From Podarcis bocagei (taxonomy: Eukaryota): DNA of 64,000 nt. A model generated the notes under the pieces. It had not been told where the DNA came from. It did not search any database and was given only the letters and a program-made list of their open reading frames with translations. Position numbers and translations under genes: made by a program. Of the stretch, positions 62,918-64,000 are shown piece by piece. Within the stretch, counting starts at the first letter, position 1, and the number at the start of each line of letters is the position of its first letter. The stretch lies in the NCBI GenBank assembly GCA_964188305.1, contig OZ076885.1, one strand, 5' to 3'.

Positions 62918-63479
62918 TCGTCCAGAAAGGTAGTACACTCCAATAACAGGTACATTATTTTCAAAGAACTCTGTGCTTTTTGGCAAAGTATGTTTCCCTG
63001 CCCCAAAGGATTTCCAATAAATCAGCATATTTGGGGTGAGAACAGTGCAAAATACTAACCAGCCCTACTTTTATAATGGCAAAGCATTTGCTGCGCCTAT
63101 TGAAGAGAGTTTCAAATGCGCATGCAGCCTGACACATCTCCTTTAATCTTTTCTTCTGAAGTCTGTTTCGAAAGATTTGTTTCTCGGAATTGTTTATGAG
63201 AAGGCAAAGCCCTCCTAAGCACACCAGCCCTGAAATCTTTTCATCAGTTAGCTGTGTTCTCCTGTGCACCAAGCTATCCATTGATCTGAGTTCTTTATGC
63301 ACTGACAAGGCCATAGCAGGATCTATAACAATACCGCCATTTCATTTCATGCAGAGCTTCAGAATTCCCTTGGCACAATTATTCTCTTTAAGAGCTCTAT
63401 GAAGGTGTCATTCCTGCATTACGGTTATGTAGCTGAAGGGACTGGAAGAGGAGATGCTAACTCTCCAAGACCCCCCTCA

Positions 63480-63668
63480 GGGTCACTTCCACACCACACA
63501 TTTAGCACACATTTAAAGCACAGGGTTTTCCCCATAGAATCCTGGGAACTTTAAAACTATGATCCCCAGCACCCTCAGCAAACTATAATTCCCAGGATTA
63601 TGTGCAAGAAACCCTGTGCTTTAATTGTATATTAAATGTGCTTAAAACATATGGTGTAGATATGCCCC
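63480..63668. mobile_element. Palindromic MITE, possibly Harbinger-type
   Basis: Long imperfect inverted repeat (aaagcacagggttt / aaaccctgtgcttt); relatives at about 18715, 20637 and 62220. Confidence 0.6.
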
Positions 63669-63699
63669 CAGTGACTTGATGGCTAAGCTTGGATGATGA

Positions 63700-64000
63700 T
63701 AATGATTATTAAAGTCTACATACAACCCATAAGATTCCAGGGCAGTTCACAGAACAAAATACAAGAGACAAGATAAAGACACAAGGAAATAATTAAGACA
63801 CATTTAAAAGGCTGTAGAATATTAATCAGCTGAAGGCCTGGCTGAAGATGAATGTCCCTGGCACCTAAAAATATATAATGACGGCACCAGGCGAACTGAC
63901 CTGGGGAGAGCATTCCACCATCAGGGAGCCACTACTGAGAAGGCCCTGTTCTTGTGTTGTCCCCCCTCCAGACCTCACATGGAGGCAGCATATGAAGAAG
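63700..64000 (-). mobile_element. L2 LINE 3' end, running off the window
   Basis: Reverse strand reads agggccttctcagtagtggctccc...tggaatgctctcccc, the same L2 motif. Confidence 0.7.

Noticed and set aside
181-63913. The many 60-180 aa ORFs in the supplied track
   Set aside because: Apart from SLC38A11 exons and LINE fragments, they are chance frames, often with non-ATG starts, or read through SINEs, MITEs and microsatellites (poly-I, poly-Y, KERK repeats). I recognised no protein family.

Overview
Eukaryotic genomic DNA from a squamate reptile, probably a lacertid lizard, judged from the Sauria/Squam-type SINEs. It contains one protein-coding gene: SLC38A11, an orphan SNAT-family amino acid transporter, on the minus strand. 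I assembled 12 coding exons by hand from 45948 down to 26020 (1377 nt, 458 aa, all introns GT-AG, all phases consistent). The gene has a CpG-island promoter at about 45.9-46.3 kb. The rest is intronic or intergenic DNA dense in transposable elements: SINEs of several families, L1, L2 and CR1 LINE fragments, solo-LTR-like elements, and Tigger/pogo and hAT MITEs, many with visible target-site duplications (TSDs). There are also microsatellites and two assembly gaps. Most ORFs in the supplied track are chance or TE-derived. I found no clearly novel biological system. The best leads are: (i) a dual-frame exon 1, where an out-of-frame upstream ATG becomes in-frame if exon 2 or exons 2-3 are skipped, and exons 2-3 are bracketed by inverted SINEs; (ii) an inverted SINE pair around exons 8-10 with circRNA-type geometry; (iii) a young intronic L1; (iv) an odd L1 5'/3' composite at the left edge. 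TE family names and human-protein comparisons are from memory, not from database searches.
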